Part shown: positions 29,335-38,428 of the stretch, piece by piece | How the letters are laid out: each line of letters starts with the position of its first letter | How positions within the stretch are numbered: position 1 is the first letter of the stretch | Source of the DNA: an uncultured Desulfobacteraceae bacterium | GTDB taxonomy: Bacteria; Desulfobacterota; DSM-4660; Desulfatiglandales; HGW-15 | Direction: 5' to 3' | Assembly: GCA_964418945.1 (NCBI GenBank) | Contig: CAYQNR010000001.1 | Span: forward strand, 13,414-77,413 | DNA length: 64,000 nucleotides | The notes under the pieces: generated by a model | The model's input: only the letters and a program-made list of their open reading frames with translations | Told to the model about the DNA's origin: nothing | Databases searched by the model: none | Program-made: the position numbers and the translations under genes

Positions 29335-30422
29335 GGGACGCTCTTTAATAATTTAAAAACTTATCTTTCAAGAGAATAATTACCCTCTTTTGCGATTGAT
29401 TCTCCCCGTTCAACGGAAAATCCGACACCAGCTAAACTCATCTCTAATTTTTTGGCCAGGGATGTATGAGACAGGCCCAATTCCCTGGAAGCCCAAAAAC
29501 ATAAAAGACTCCTCGCCTTTACTTTTCTGTCCTGTCGCCCCTTTGAAAAAACTTCATCCGGTTTCATCCCTAGTACTTCCGAAACCCTCTTGGCTATACC
29601 ATCCAGATCATATCCTTTCCGCCTAAGTCTATGCCTTCGCTCATAGTGTTCCTCAGATTGTGAAATGACCGAATCAACAAAATCAGAATCCCCCAGGATT
29701 CTCTCATCACTCATAATATGAATACCACCCTTCAAAATTTCTCGGGCTTCAGTCCAACCACCAAGACTGCGGATTAATCCACCACCGGTCAATTGTTTCT
29801 TTCGGCCTTGGGTAAAACCTTCTTTAACAAAGGATTCATATTCTTCCCTGGCTTTACTCTTGCTTTTACTAAAATAGCCGAGAACGTAATCAGTATCCTG
29901 CCATTTACTTTCCGTTTTACCCATTAAAGTGCTATGCCCGCAATATTTATAGCTCTTCAATTCATCAAGCGTTTGAACAATTCCTGATCGAATAGGATTC
30001 AGATGAATATATCGGACCAATTCTTTAAGATACCCATCTTCCTGACAGATTATAGATTTGTACCTGTTCTGAAATAATTGACCACTACGTTTATGTCGGC
30101 GGTTAAATCTGATAACATAACCAGTAAGCAAACGTCTCATGAGTCTGGATAACGGCACCGTTCCGGTACGAAAAAGAAAATGTGCGTGATTAGACATGAA
30201 CGCCCACGCATAACAGGTTGTCTGCGTTGTATTACATAGGTTCTCAAGTCGTTCGATAAGATCCTCACGATCTTTATCGTTTCGGAATATCTTCCTGCGT
30301 TCTATCCCCCGAATCATGACATGGTGTAGAACACCTGGAGCATCAAGTCGTGCTGTTCTAGGCATATTTCTTTTTTAATATCGCCATCCTACAATGTCAA
30401 TTAAATTATTAAAGAGCGTCCC
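29335..30422 (-). mobile_element. Y1/HUH transposase gene bracketed by perfect 22-bp inverted repeats
   Basis: GGGACGCTCTTTAATAATTTAA at 29335-29356 is the exact reverse complement of TTAAATTATTAAAGAGCGTCCC at 30401-30422. The pair encloses the single ORF 29361-30365. Confidence 0.75.
29361..30365 (-). CDS. IS200/RAYT-like Y1 (HUH) transposase with C-terminal DnaA-C-like HTH domain
   Basis: N-terminus MPRTARLDAPGVLHHVMIRG, HUH motif SNHAHFLF and catalytic-Tyr region VRYIHLNPIRSGIV. The C-terminal SLLCFWASRELGLSHTSLAKKLEMSLAGVGFSVERGE is HTH-like. Confidence 0.8.
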   Translation of the reverse strand: MPRTARLDAPGVLHHVMIRGIERRKIFRNDKDREDLIERLENLCNTTQTTCYAWAFMSNHAHFLFRTGTVPLSRLMRRLLTGYVIRFNRRHKRSGQLFQNRYKSIICQEDGYLKELVRYIHLNPIRSGIVQTLDELKSYKYCGHSTLMGKTESKWQDTDYVLGYFSKSKSKAREEYESFVKEGFTQGRKKQLTGGGLIRSLGGWTEAREILKGGIHIMSDERILGDSDFVDSVISQSEEHYERRHRLRRKGYDLDGIAKRVSEVLGMKPDEVFSKGRQDRKVKARSLLCFWASRELGLSHTSLAKKLEMSLAGVGFSVERGESIAKEGNYSLER

Positions 30423-30437
30423 CTTTTGTCACTTTTG

Positions 30438-31181
30438 TCACTTTTCCTTAACTGCCCTATATCTTTCCAACTGTTCCGCAGTAAGGATACTGGAGAGGCC
30501 CTCTTCAAAGGTCTTTTTTGTCTCAGCCAAATCACCCCTGTATTTTTCCAGGCATTTCCTCCTTTCCTCTTCATTCTCCTCCATTAAGGTTCTTATCCTT
30601 TCTTCCTGTTCCTGTGAAAGATCCAAACAGTCTTTCAAGGGGTCAATAAACCATCTATAATCTTTCTGGAAAGGCTTTACGTCGGGTGACCCCGGGACAG
30701 GGGAATGCTCGGGTATCCACCGTGGAGGCATCTGCTCGGGGACATCCTTTGGACGACCTTGTTGTTCAGGGGCCCTTTGAGAATGCGCTTGTCCTCTTGG
30801 AAATCTGTCCCGGATATCCTTCATCCTCTGAACCAGTTTATCCAATTTATCTTTTTGCTCATCAGTCAGTCTATCCCTTATAGATTCAAAGGTCTGTTTG
30901 TTGATCTCCTCTATTTCAGGGAAGACCCTACGGCCGAGGGAAAAAATCTTTTCCTGGGATTCCCTCACGATCTTTTCAATTTCGGCCCTTTGATCATTCG
31001 TTAAATTAAGGTCATCTGAAAACCTCCCTGACACTATCTGGACCCTTTCAGATACCGGAGGGCCTCCGGCTTCAAATTTTTCCACCCGCTTCTTATAATA
31101 GACAACGGTCCCCAGGGACCCCGCTAATGCCCCTACAATTAAGAGAATACTGACTCCGGCGGCAAGTTTTAATTTATCCAT
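30438..31181 (-). CDS. Periplasmic LTXXQ-motif (Spy/CpxP-like) protein
   Basis: N-terminal TM/signal segment and four LTxxQ-type repeats (LTNDQRAEI, LTDEQKDKL, LSQEQEERI, LTAEQLERY). Last gene of the ECF sigma operon. Confidence 0.65.
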   Translation of the reverse strand: MDKLKLAAGVSILLIVGALAGSLGTVVYYKKRVEKFEAGGPPVSERVQIVSGRFSDDLNLTNDQRAEIEKIVRESQEKIFSLGRRVFPEIEEINKQTFESIRDRLTDEQKDKLDKLVQRMKDIRDRFPRGQAHSQRAPEQQGRPKDVPEQMPPRWIPEHSPVPGSPDVKPFQKDYRWFIDPLKDCLDLSQEQEERIRTLMEENEEERRKCLEKYRGDLAETKKTFEEGLSSILTAEQLERYRAVKEK

Positions 31182-31194
31182 AAATACCCCACTA

Positions 31195-31524
31195 TCAATT
31201 ATTCATGGCCAGCAACATAAAGTCTTTCGGATCGCTTACAAATATCTTGGCGAGCTCATAATCGGGGAAAAAATCCATCTTGACTATGGTAAATGTCAAA
31301 GCCACAGCCAATACGCATGCCACGGGAGCAAGCCGCCATAGGAATTGCTGGAAAAGCTCAAAAAAATAGCCTGCTTCAGAATAAAAAGGGGTCAAGTTTC
31401 GAATATGCCCCATCACTCCGGCCTTCCACCACATATCGCTCACCTCAGCTTTTTCCCTTGCATAATAAGCTGGAACAAAGGCCGCCATTATTCTGGCAAT
31501 ATTTTTTCTTTTAATGGATTTCAT
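31195..31524 (-). CDS. Small membrane protein, candidate anti-sigma factor
   Basis: 109 aa with one clear TM segment, immediately downstream of the ECF sigma gene. The assignment rests on position only. Confidence 0.4.
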   Translation of the reverse strand: MKSIKRKNIARIMAAFVPAYYAREKAEVSDMWWKAGVMGHIRNLTPFYSEAGYFFELFQQFLWRLAPVACVLAVALTFTIVKMDFFPDYELAKIFVSDPKDFMLLAMNN

Positions 31525-31536
31525 ATCTTCCTCCGG

Positions 31537-32127
31537 CTACCTTTTTATAACCTCCGCCAGGATCCTTTGAAGCCTTTTCCGGGAACGAAATACCCTGACC
31601 TTTACGTTTGAGAGCGTCCAGCCCAACAGAGCACCTGCCTCTTTAGCTGTCAGCCCTTCTAAATAAACCAGCTCAACAACCATTCGGTCTTTGGGTGAGA
31701 GTTTTGCCAAGGCCCAGTCCAAAAGCTCCCCTGCCTCCCTTTGCAATCCTTTCTTTTGAAGCACGGATTCCGATTGGTCCGATATAACTCCTTCCAACCA
31801 CTCCCGGTGTCTCTCGGTGAGGGAACACATGGGAATTTCTCTGGACCTGTATGCCTTTCGCCAGTAATCATAACACGATCTCAGTGTAATCGCGGAAAGC
31901 CATTGTTTGAATTCTCCTTCACCTTTATATGTGGAAAGGGCCTCAAATACCCTAATGAAGGAATTCTGGGCCACCTCCTCCGCTTCGCTAAAAGGTACAT
32001 GTCTTTTTACGATATTTGAGACAAGCCCCTTATACCTTGTCAGTAGAGATTCAAACGCGTTGGTGTCTCCGCTGAGGACCTGTTGAATAATTTCTGTATC
32101 GCTGACTCTAAGATTTTCATTCCGCAT
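31537..32127 (-). CDS. ECF-type RNA polymerase sigma-70 factor
   Basis: Region 2 (VAQNSFIRVFEAL, DYWRKAYR) and region 4 HTH (LTAKEAGALLGWTLSNVKVRVFRSRKRL). Confidence 0.88.
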   Translation of the reverse strand: MRNENLRVSDTEIIQQVLSGDTNAFESLLTRYKGLVSNIVKRHVPFSEAEEVAQNSFIRVFEALSTYKGEGEFKQWLSAITLRSCYDYWRKAYRSREIPMCSLTERHREWLEGVISDQSESVLQKKGLQREAGELLDWALAKLSPKDRMVVELVYLEGLTAKEAGALLGWTLSNVKVRVFRSRKRLQRILAEVIKR

Positions 32128-32751
32128 TTGGCATTCGGGCCGGCTTAACTAAGATTCTTTATTCGTCAGGTACTTTATATCAAAAAAGCTCGGCAATAGA
32201 CAATGATTATATCGGTCATTATGTATCTCAGCAATCCTGGATTTACTGTTCCTCAGTAATTCTATCACAGGACAGTACCGCTATCCGATTCACTCTCAGC
32301 AAAAAGTATCCCCGCTATATTGACCGTATTTCCCGAAACGACCCTCTTTTGCCCAGATACAATCTCAAAAACAACATATTCGCATAAGCGGCTTATTTCA
32401 ATACGTTATATAATCCCCCTTTCTCAACTATAATTACCCAATTTCTCTTTGGTCCTTATGGGTTTAAGTCGCTATCCATATTGAAAAGGTTACATATAAA
32501 CCATCCAGATGAATAATCTGTAACCTTTCTGGAACCCCGACGTCTTATAATACAATAATAAAGCTATAAGCACCAAAACCGGTGTACGGTCCGTTGTTCG
32601 TGGCCAGTTACCTGTTGCCAAAAGCAAAAATATAATTAATTCGGGTACATGAAAGAAAAGAAGCGGAATCAGATGATCTACCCTGATTATCTGAAAACCT
32701 ATATCCAACTGCCTACCGACAACCAGAATAGGCATGCTATTAAAAGCAGTT

Positions 32752-33114
32752 GGTTCATCCGGTTAATGAGTAGGTAAAGAAGTAAAGGATTAAACCTTAT
32801 CCGCCTTCGCAGAAGACAACGTGCTTGCCCGTGGTTGAATGCGCAAATGATGGCTTGCTACGGCGCGATGTCGCCCCCAGTTCAGGCGGATAACCGCGTC
32901 GTAGCCGGAGGCGCCCGTCCTCCGCAGTAGCCTGTCCATCCTCCGTAGCAGGCCACTGCGGAGGACGGGCTACGGAGGATGGAAAGACGGGTATTTTAAT
33001 GGGACCACGGGTTTACCCGTGAGGCTCCATTATAAGTACCTTAATGGCCCATGGGCCATATAGCGCAAAATACTTAGATATCATTAACTAGCGTACTCAT
33101 TAACCGGATGAAAC
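32752..33114 (-). mobile_element. MITE-like composite element, copy E (inverted; central site empty)
   Basis: By eye, one half is identical to the reverse complement of copy D, including the 170-bp third module at 32835-33004. The central palindrome GGCCCATGGGCC (33046-33057) is uninterrupted. Confidence 0.85.
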
Positions 33115-33458
33115 AACCAGTTTCTTCTATAAAAACAACAAAAACTTTGATATAAATAAAAAAGACAATCACCTCGACCTTAATACTTACATTCTTTTTT
33201 AGTTCGGTGTTCATGCCCCTCGGAGATGCTGCCCCCCACGACAGGCCTCGGCCCAGGAATAACGCCCCTGGAAAGACGGTGTCCGTGAGTGTTCCCTTGC
33301 TCAACGTCCGTTCGGAGCCCGGATTAAATCTCCCGGTTATCTTTCAAAATATCCCGTAATATGGTTGCTTAAAACAACAACTTGCATTATTATGACGGGA
33401 ATTGTAGAAAAGATTACTTTATTAATTCTCTTTAAATGGAAAAGGGTGCTTGCATAAA

Positions 33459-35174
33459 ATGATATCTGGTCGATCAATCCAAATCCTTTTTATTCTGATT
33501 CCGGCGTTATTATGGCAGTTATCTATATCAAAGGAGTGTCAGGGGGCTGCCTTTGCCTATATCCCGAACAGCGGCGATAATAACGTGTCCATTATCAAAG
33601 TCCGAGACAGTTCGCACCAAGGCACAGTCAATGTCGGGACCGGCCCATATGGCGTGGCTCTGGGAAAGGAATATTCTTTCTTGTCCAACTCCTCGGACAA
33701 CACCGTTTCAGTCATAAGCATGTCAGATAACAGCCTAATCCGGACACTGGATGCCGGGCATTCCCCCCGTGGCCTTGCGGTAGCATCCGACGATTCATAT
33801 GTATATGTCGCAAACCATTCAGCCAACACGCTGTCCATCATAAACGCTTCTGATAACAGCCAGACAGCTTTGGACATCGGGGCAGGACCTATAGGAGTAG
33901 CCATTAGTCCGGATGGAAACTATATCTATGTCACGAATAATTCGGATGACTCATTATCCGTCATTTCCACACATACCCCTGAATTGTTTGTCGCCCTTTC
34001 CAATCATCACTATATTAAGTACCTTGATGATCCTGATGAAGACATTGCCTTTGATAAACCGTACGGTGTGACAGTATGCCCTGAAGGATACTATATATTC
34101 GTAGTCAATAACGGCAATAATACATTATCGATATTATCCGCCTATGAGGTATACAATCAAGGCGACTACTTCGACTGGGCCGATTATGACCCCGATGATG
34201 ACGACCAGGGCCCATACGGTCTTTCCCAGCCTATCGCTATAGGCAATGACCCCCGCTGCGTGGCCGTGACCCCGAACGTAGCATATGCCTATGTCACAAA
34301 CTACGCAGACGATACGGTTTCCGTTATAGCGCTTGACAACTATGAAGTCATACAAACCATCGACGTGGGAGACGGCCCTTACGGCGTATCAGTAACCGAT
34401 TCCGGGGAAATTGTGTATGTCGTAAACCAGCTGGCGGGCACTGTCTCTGTTATTGATATTTACGACGATGACGGCGAATTCACTAATACTGTAATGGAGA
34501 CTATAGCTGTTGGAGATACGCCTGTTGCTTTTGGTAACTTCATCGGTGGAAAGACTCCCAACCCGCCCTCCAATCTCAAGGCCACCCGGAAAGGCACCTA
34601 TGAAATCAGCCTGACCTGGGATGACAACTCCGACGATGAGCTGATTTTTAGGATCATGAGAAAGCACTATATTTACGGGAGATATACCCAAATAGCCATT
34701 TTGGATGAAAACACGACAACCTACACGGAAAAGGGCCTTGTAGGCGAATCTAATTATTATTACATGGTGGCCGCCCAAAACCATGTCGGGTATTCGGATG
34801 ATTCCAACGAGGCCTACGCAACTACAGGAGATGACTCATCAGGATGTTTTATAGCCACGGCTGCATACGGATCCGTTCTGGAGCCCCACGTCAAAATACT
34901 TCGCGATTTTAGAGACCGATTCCTGGCCACCAATACTCCGGGCAAGACTCTCCTTAATATCTATTATAAATATTCACCACCCCTAGCCCATCATATACAA
35001 AGCCATGATATGCTTCGCATTGCGGTTCGCTGCGGTCTGTTGCCCGTGGTAGGGATATCCTGGCTCGTTTTATCCATCGGTCCGGCTTCTGCCCTAGGGA
35101 TTGTTGCGATCTGCATGTTTTTAGGCATCATAGCTGTAATATTTGGCAGACGGCGGGTCCTTTCAGGGACATAA
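33459..35174 (+). CDS. Surface protein: YVTN beta-propeller repeats + FN3-like domain + CFIATAAYG-type C-terminal membrane module
   Basis: Signal peptide and repeated motifs (NTVSVI, NTLSII, DSLSVI, DTVSVI, GTVSVID with GxxPxGVA). An FN3-like segment (PSNLKAT...WDDNSDDE...YYYMVAA) is followed by GCFIATAAYGS and two C-terminal TM helices. Confidence 0.7.
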   Translation: MISGRSIQILFILIPALLWQLSISKECQGAAFAYIPNSGDNNVSIIKVRDSSHQGTVNVGTGPYGVALGKEYSFLSNSSDNTVSVISMSDNSLIRTLDAGHSPRGLAVASDDSYVYVANHSANTLSIINASDNSQTALDIGAGPIGVAISPDGNYIYVTNNSDDSLSVISTHTPELFVALSNHHYIKYLDDPDEDIAFDKPYGVTVCPEGYYIFVVNNGNNTLSILSAYEVYNQGDYFDWADYDPDDDDQGPYGLSQPIAIGNDPRCVAVTPNVAYAYVTNYADDTVSVIALDNYEVIQTIDVGDGPYGVSVTDSGEIVYVVNQLAGTVSVIDIYDDDGEFTNTVMETIAVGDTPVAFGNFIGGKTPNPPSNLKATRKGTYEISLTWDDNSDDELIFRIMRKHYIYGRYTQIAILDENTTTYTEKGLVGESNYYYMVAAQNHVGYSDDSNEAYATTGDDSSGCFIATAAYGSVLEPHVKILRDFRDRFLATNTPGKTLLNIYYKYSPPLAHHIQSHDMLRIAVRCGLLPVVGISWLVLSIGPASALGIVAICMFLGIIAVIFGRRRVLSGT

Positions 35175-35247
35175 GATCTCGTTGCCCATTGGCCGGAAGG
35201 GGCAATCCCAGAAGAGTTCTCCCCGCAGAATACTTGTTCCAGTATGT

Positions 35248-35928
35248 TTATAACTCTTTGTAACCAAAAAGCTGCCACTTGTTCTCCTTAAACTCAAAGG
35301 AAGCAAAAAACTCTCCATCACTTGAGGGTGCACAATGTTTAGAGTACTTCACCAGGGCATATCTGCGATCTTTAGAAAACGCAACTTTTGAAACAGTGTA
35401 GTAGGAACGATATTGTTGGCCCATACGGGTATATACATTAACATTCCCTTTCCCTTTTTCAACCAGGCAAAACTCGTCTCTGTTCTTTTGGATTGAATTA
35501 AGGCTATATTCTTCCGGCAAAAAAACGGGATCAAGGGTTGTGCAGTTCCAATTCACAGTGCTGTGCGTTTTATTTACGCTATAAAGCTCTTGAACAAGTT
35601 CGATTGATATATCTCCCAAATCCTTTAACCACTCTTTCCATTCTTCCTCTTTATATGGGTTTTCAGCAAACCACCGATCCTCAGTTGTGTTTGCCAGATA
35701 AAAATTAGGCTTCCTTATTTCTTTAAAGAGATCAGAAAAAAGTGCTTCATAGATCTTTTCTTCCGTTGCCTGTCCGTATCCGGGTATTGAACTGGATTCT
35801 TCCAAGCTCTTAAAGAATGCGCCGTCAAAACCTTCGATTGCGGGTTGTCCATACGAAATGGAGATGTCATATTCATATCCGGTAAGAATAATAAGGAGAC
35901 ATATTGGTATTAAACTAATCCGTTTCAT
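35248..35928 (-). CDS. Hypothetical secreted protein (226 aa)
   Basis: Clean ORF with an N-terminal signal-like segment MKRISLIPICLLIILTG. No family recognised. Confidence 0.5.
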   Translation of the reverse strand: MKRISLIPICLLIILTGYEYDISISYGQPAIEGFDGAFFKSLEESSSIPGYGQATEEKIYEALFSDLFKEIRKPNFYLANTTEDRWFAENPYKEEEWKEWLKDLGDISIELVQELYSVNKTHSTVNWNCTTLDPVFLPEEYSLNSIQKNRDEFCLVEKGKGNVNVYTRMGQQYRSYYTVSKVAFSKDRRYALVKYSKHCAPSSDGEFFASFEFKENKWQLFGYKEL

Positions 35929-35966
35929 GTTTTCCCCGAGAGTTTAACGATTTTTCTCTTATAGCC

Positions 35967-36140
35967 TTAATCCTGAAGGGGTTTGGCTTCTTCGATCAGC
36001 ATAATGGGAATGTCGTCCTTGATCTCGTACACAAGTTTACAGTTATCGCATATCAACCCATCCCCCTTCTCGTTTAGGTAGATATCCCCCTTGCACTTAG
36101 GACACGCCAGAATATCCAGCAACTCTTTACTTATTGCCAT
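35967..36140 (-). CDS. ycaR: Trm112/YcaR-family (UPF0434) small zinc-ribbon protein, absent from the ORF track
   Basis: Sequence is MAISKELLDILACPKCKGDIYLNEKGDGLICDNCKLVYEIKDDIPIMLIEEAKPLQD, which matches the family signature LACP.CKG...C..C...Y.I.DGIP.ML. It lies downstream of lpxK, as ycaR does in E. coli. Confidence 0.8.
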   Translation of the reverse strand: MAISKELLDILACPKCKGDIYLNEKGDGLICDNCKLVYEIKDDIPIMLIEEAKPLQD

Positions 36141-37239
36141 AACGCCGCTCCTTTTCTGTTTTATCTTTATGTACCACCTTTGGAATTATTTTACTCCTTA
36201 ACTGGTCATTAATCTCATCCAGCACCGGCCCGATGTCAACATTATTGCAAAGTCCTTTTTCACATTTCCTTTTAAAACACGGACCACAGTAAGGTGAAAT
36301 TTGTACAACCTTGTCCGTGCTTCGCCTGGGTCCTGAGTACTCTGCTGAAGAAGGGGCGTAATATGAGACGGTCGGGGTCTCCACAGCACTGGCCGCATGC
36401 ACCGTCCCCGTATCCGGACCTATTACGAGACGAGACAACCTCAACAATTCTATAAAAACATCAACAGGCAGATCTCCTATCTGGAACACATGGCTCTCGG
36501 CCAGGTTTGAAATCCGTTCAGCCCTTTCCTTTTCATATTCTCCCGCCCACGAAACCACCGGCTTAAGTCCGTTATGGCTTACGCAATTACACAATCGAGC
36601 AATAAGTCCCTCCTTCAGCAATTTTGTTTCCCATCCTCCACCCGCCGCAATAACGGCAAAATCTCCCGGAATCAGGCCTTTGTGAGCAAGGATTTCCCTG
36701 GCTTCGCCTAAGGCACTCTCACTAAGGGGAAGGGATGGAGAGATATCTCTTTCTATCTTCACATCAAGTACCTTTTCGAGCAAGCCAACCGTCTGATCAA
36801 CCACATGCCCGGAGGAAACGAAGAAGGTCCTGTCTAAAAAAAGAACGCTGTGCTTTTCCTTGCAGAACCGGGAATCCCTTGAAAAACCGACTCGCCGATC
36901 TGTTCTGGCCATACGAGCGAGAATCGAACTCCTGAGCAGGCCGTTAATATCAATCACCATATCGTATTTGTTCATTCTCAGGATGGACAAAAAGTCTGAT
37001 ATCTCCTTCCAGGTCTTCCAACTCAAAAGAGACCTCCTCCAGTCCTTGGTGTTTATAACTATAATGTTATTCACATCCGGACAGTTTTTGAGGATAGGGC
37101 TCCACTCCTTCTCTACCAGCCAGTGTACTTCAACCTTCCTGTTATACTGTTCAGAGTATTCCCTGAAACAGTCCATAACCGACAATGAATGGATGATATC
37201 TCCAAAAGCGCTTAATTTTATTATTAGAACACGTAGCAA
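36127..37239 (-). CDS. Glycosyltransferase family 9 (LPS heptosyltransferase-like)
   Basis: N-terminus RVLIIKLSAFGDIIHSL, C-terminal GPDTGTVHAASAV, and the LPS-core gene neighbourhood. Confidence 0.8.
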   Translation of the reverse strand: MLRVLIIKLSAFGDIIHSLSVMDCFREYSEQYNRKVEVHWLVEKEWSPILKNCPDVNNIIVINTKDWRRSLLSWKTWKEISDFLSILRMNKYDMVIDINGLLRSSILARMARTDRRVGFSRDSRFCKEKHSVLFLDRTFFVSSGHVVDQTVGLLEKVLDVKIERDISPSLPLSESALGEAREILAHKGLIPGDFAVIAAGGGWETKLLKEGLIARLCNCVSHNGLKPVVSWAGEYEKERAERISNLAESHVFQIGDLPVDVFIELLRLSRLVIGPDTGTVHAASAVETPTVSYYAPSSAEYSGPRRSTDKVVQISPYCGPCFKRKCEKGLCNNVDIGPVLDEINDQLRSKIIPKVVHKDKTEKERRYGNK

Positions 37240-37276
37240 TGGGATACCCTCAGGATCTTTCTTGTTATAAATCTTT

Positions 37277-38428
37277 TCATGACATCAACCTTTTCTCCAC
37301 CCTGTCGCTGACCATATTAAAAAATCTTTCCTCCCCGGGCAACAGGGAAAAATCTATCACCAGGTAGGCTAGATCGGGAAATTCGAAGTGGACATCTTCC
37401 AACTTCACCCAGTCTTTTTCGGTAGTTATCAGAAATTCTGCGCCCCTCTTCTCTTTTTCAGCCATTAGAGCGTCCAATTCACGCCGCCTGTACACATGAT
37501 GATCCCTGAATCCACTGAATGATAACAGATCGGCTCCCAGCTTTATCAGAGTGTCCTCAAACGCCTTAGGTCTGGCGATACCCGCAAAGGCTATTACCCT
37601 TTTCCCTTGTAAAAACGCCGGTGAATTGTCTGTACCTTTAACGGGGAAAACAACCTTTTTAGGGATATGTTCGGCCCTGAAAAGGGGTTTTCCCTGCACT
37701 ATTCTTCTTAGCCTGTTCTCCAATCCATATCTCAGGGGCCCGGATCCGGATCTCGTGAATATAGCAGCATCTGCCCGCTTTGCTTGTTTAACAGGCTCCC
37801 GAAGGGGGCCCCACGGCAAGAGATGTCCGTTACCGAACGGTTTTTCCGATGCCTCGATCAAAAGGAGGTTCAGGTCCCTTTTTAACATCAGATGCTGGAA
37901 GCCATCGTCAAGTATAAAAAAATCAGTGCCGAAATCTTCATGGGCCTTCAACCCTGCCAAATAACGGTTCCGAGAGATAATTACCGGGACAGATCTCAAC
38001 CTGCGGGCTATGAGACAGGGTTCGTCACCTGCTGTAGCCGGTCCTGCCTTAATATTATGCATATCGGATAAGACTAAGACTTTTTTTTGGTAATTTCCTC
38101 CATAACCTCTTGACAGCACCGCCGCGCGGTAACCCTTGTCCAGGGCCCATTGCGCCATCATTATAGTCGCGGGTGTTTTGCCCGTCCCCCCTGTTGTCAG
38201 GTTCCCTATGCTTACCACAAACCCTGGCAGCTCTTTCTTCCTTCTCTTTCTGAATGCGAAAATCCTTAGCCTTACCCCCAATCCATACAAAAAAGAGAGC
38301 ATGGCTAGAAAAGGCGTGCCGCCATGAAATCGTCTTTCTTCATGGATGCATGTCCAGTCAGGCAGTCTCAATGTAATCCCCGATATATTCCATAACCCGT
38401 TCCACAGCTCCCTTGTGCTTTTCCACAA
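37277..38428 (-). CDS. lpxK: Tetraacyldisaccharide 4'-kinase
   Basis: P-loop GNLTTGGTGKTP and FILDDGFQH. The start is uncertain: the ATG at 38428 overlaps waaA by 71 nt. Confidence 0.85.
   Translation of the reverse strand: MWKSTRELWNGLWNISGITLRLPDWTCIHEERRFHGGTPFLAMLSFLYGLGVRLRIFAFRKRRKKELPGFVVSIGNLTTGGTGKTPATIMMAQWALDKGYRAAVLSRGYGGNYQKKVLVLSDMHNIKAGPATAGDEPCLIARRLRSVPVIISRNRYLAGLKAHEDFGTDFFILDDGFQHLMLKRDLNLLLIEASEKPFGNGHLLPWGPLREPVKQAKRADAAIFTRSGSGPLRYGLENRLRRIVQGKPLFRAEHIPKKVVFPVKGTDNSPAFLQGKRVIAFAGIARPKAFEDTLIKLGADLLSFSGFRDHHVYRRRELDALMAEKEKRGAEFLITTEKDWVKLEDVHFEFPDLAYLVIDFSLLPGEERFFNMVSDRVEKRLMS

Noticed and set aside
32490-32735. 81-aa ORF in the long non-coding stretch upstream of the ECF sigma gene
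   Set aside because: No RBS, an odd composition, and an end that abuts the element TIR. The 620-bp region 32128-32751 otherwise shows no coding signal, so I leave it as unexplained non-coding DNA.
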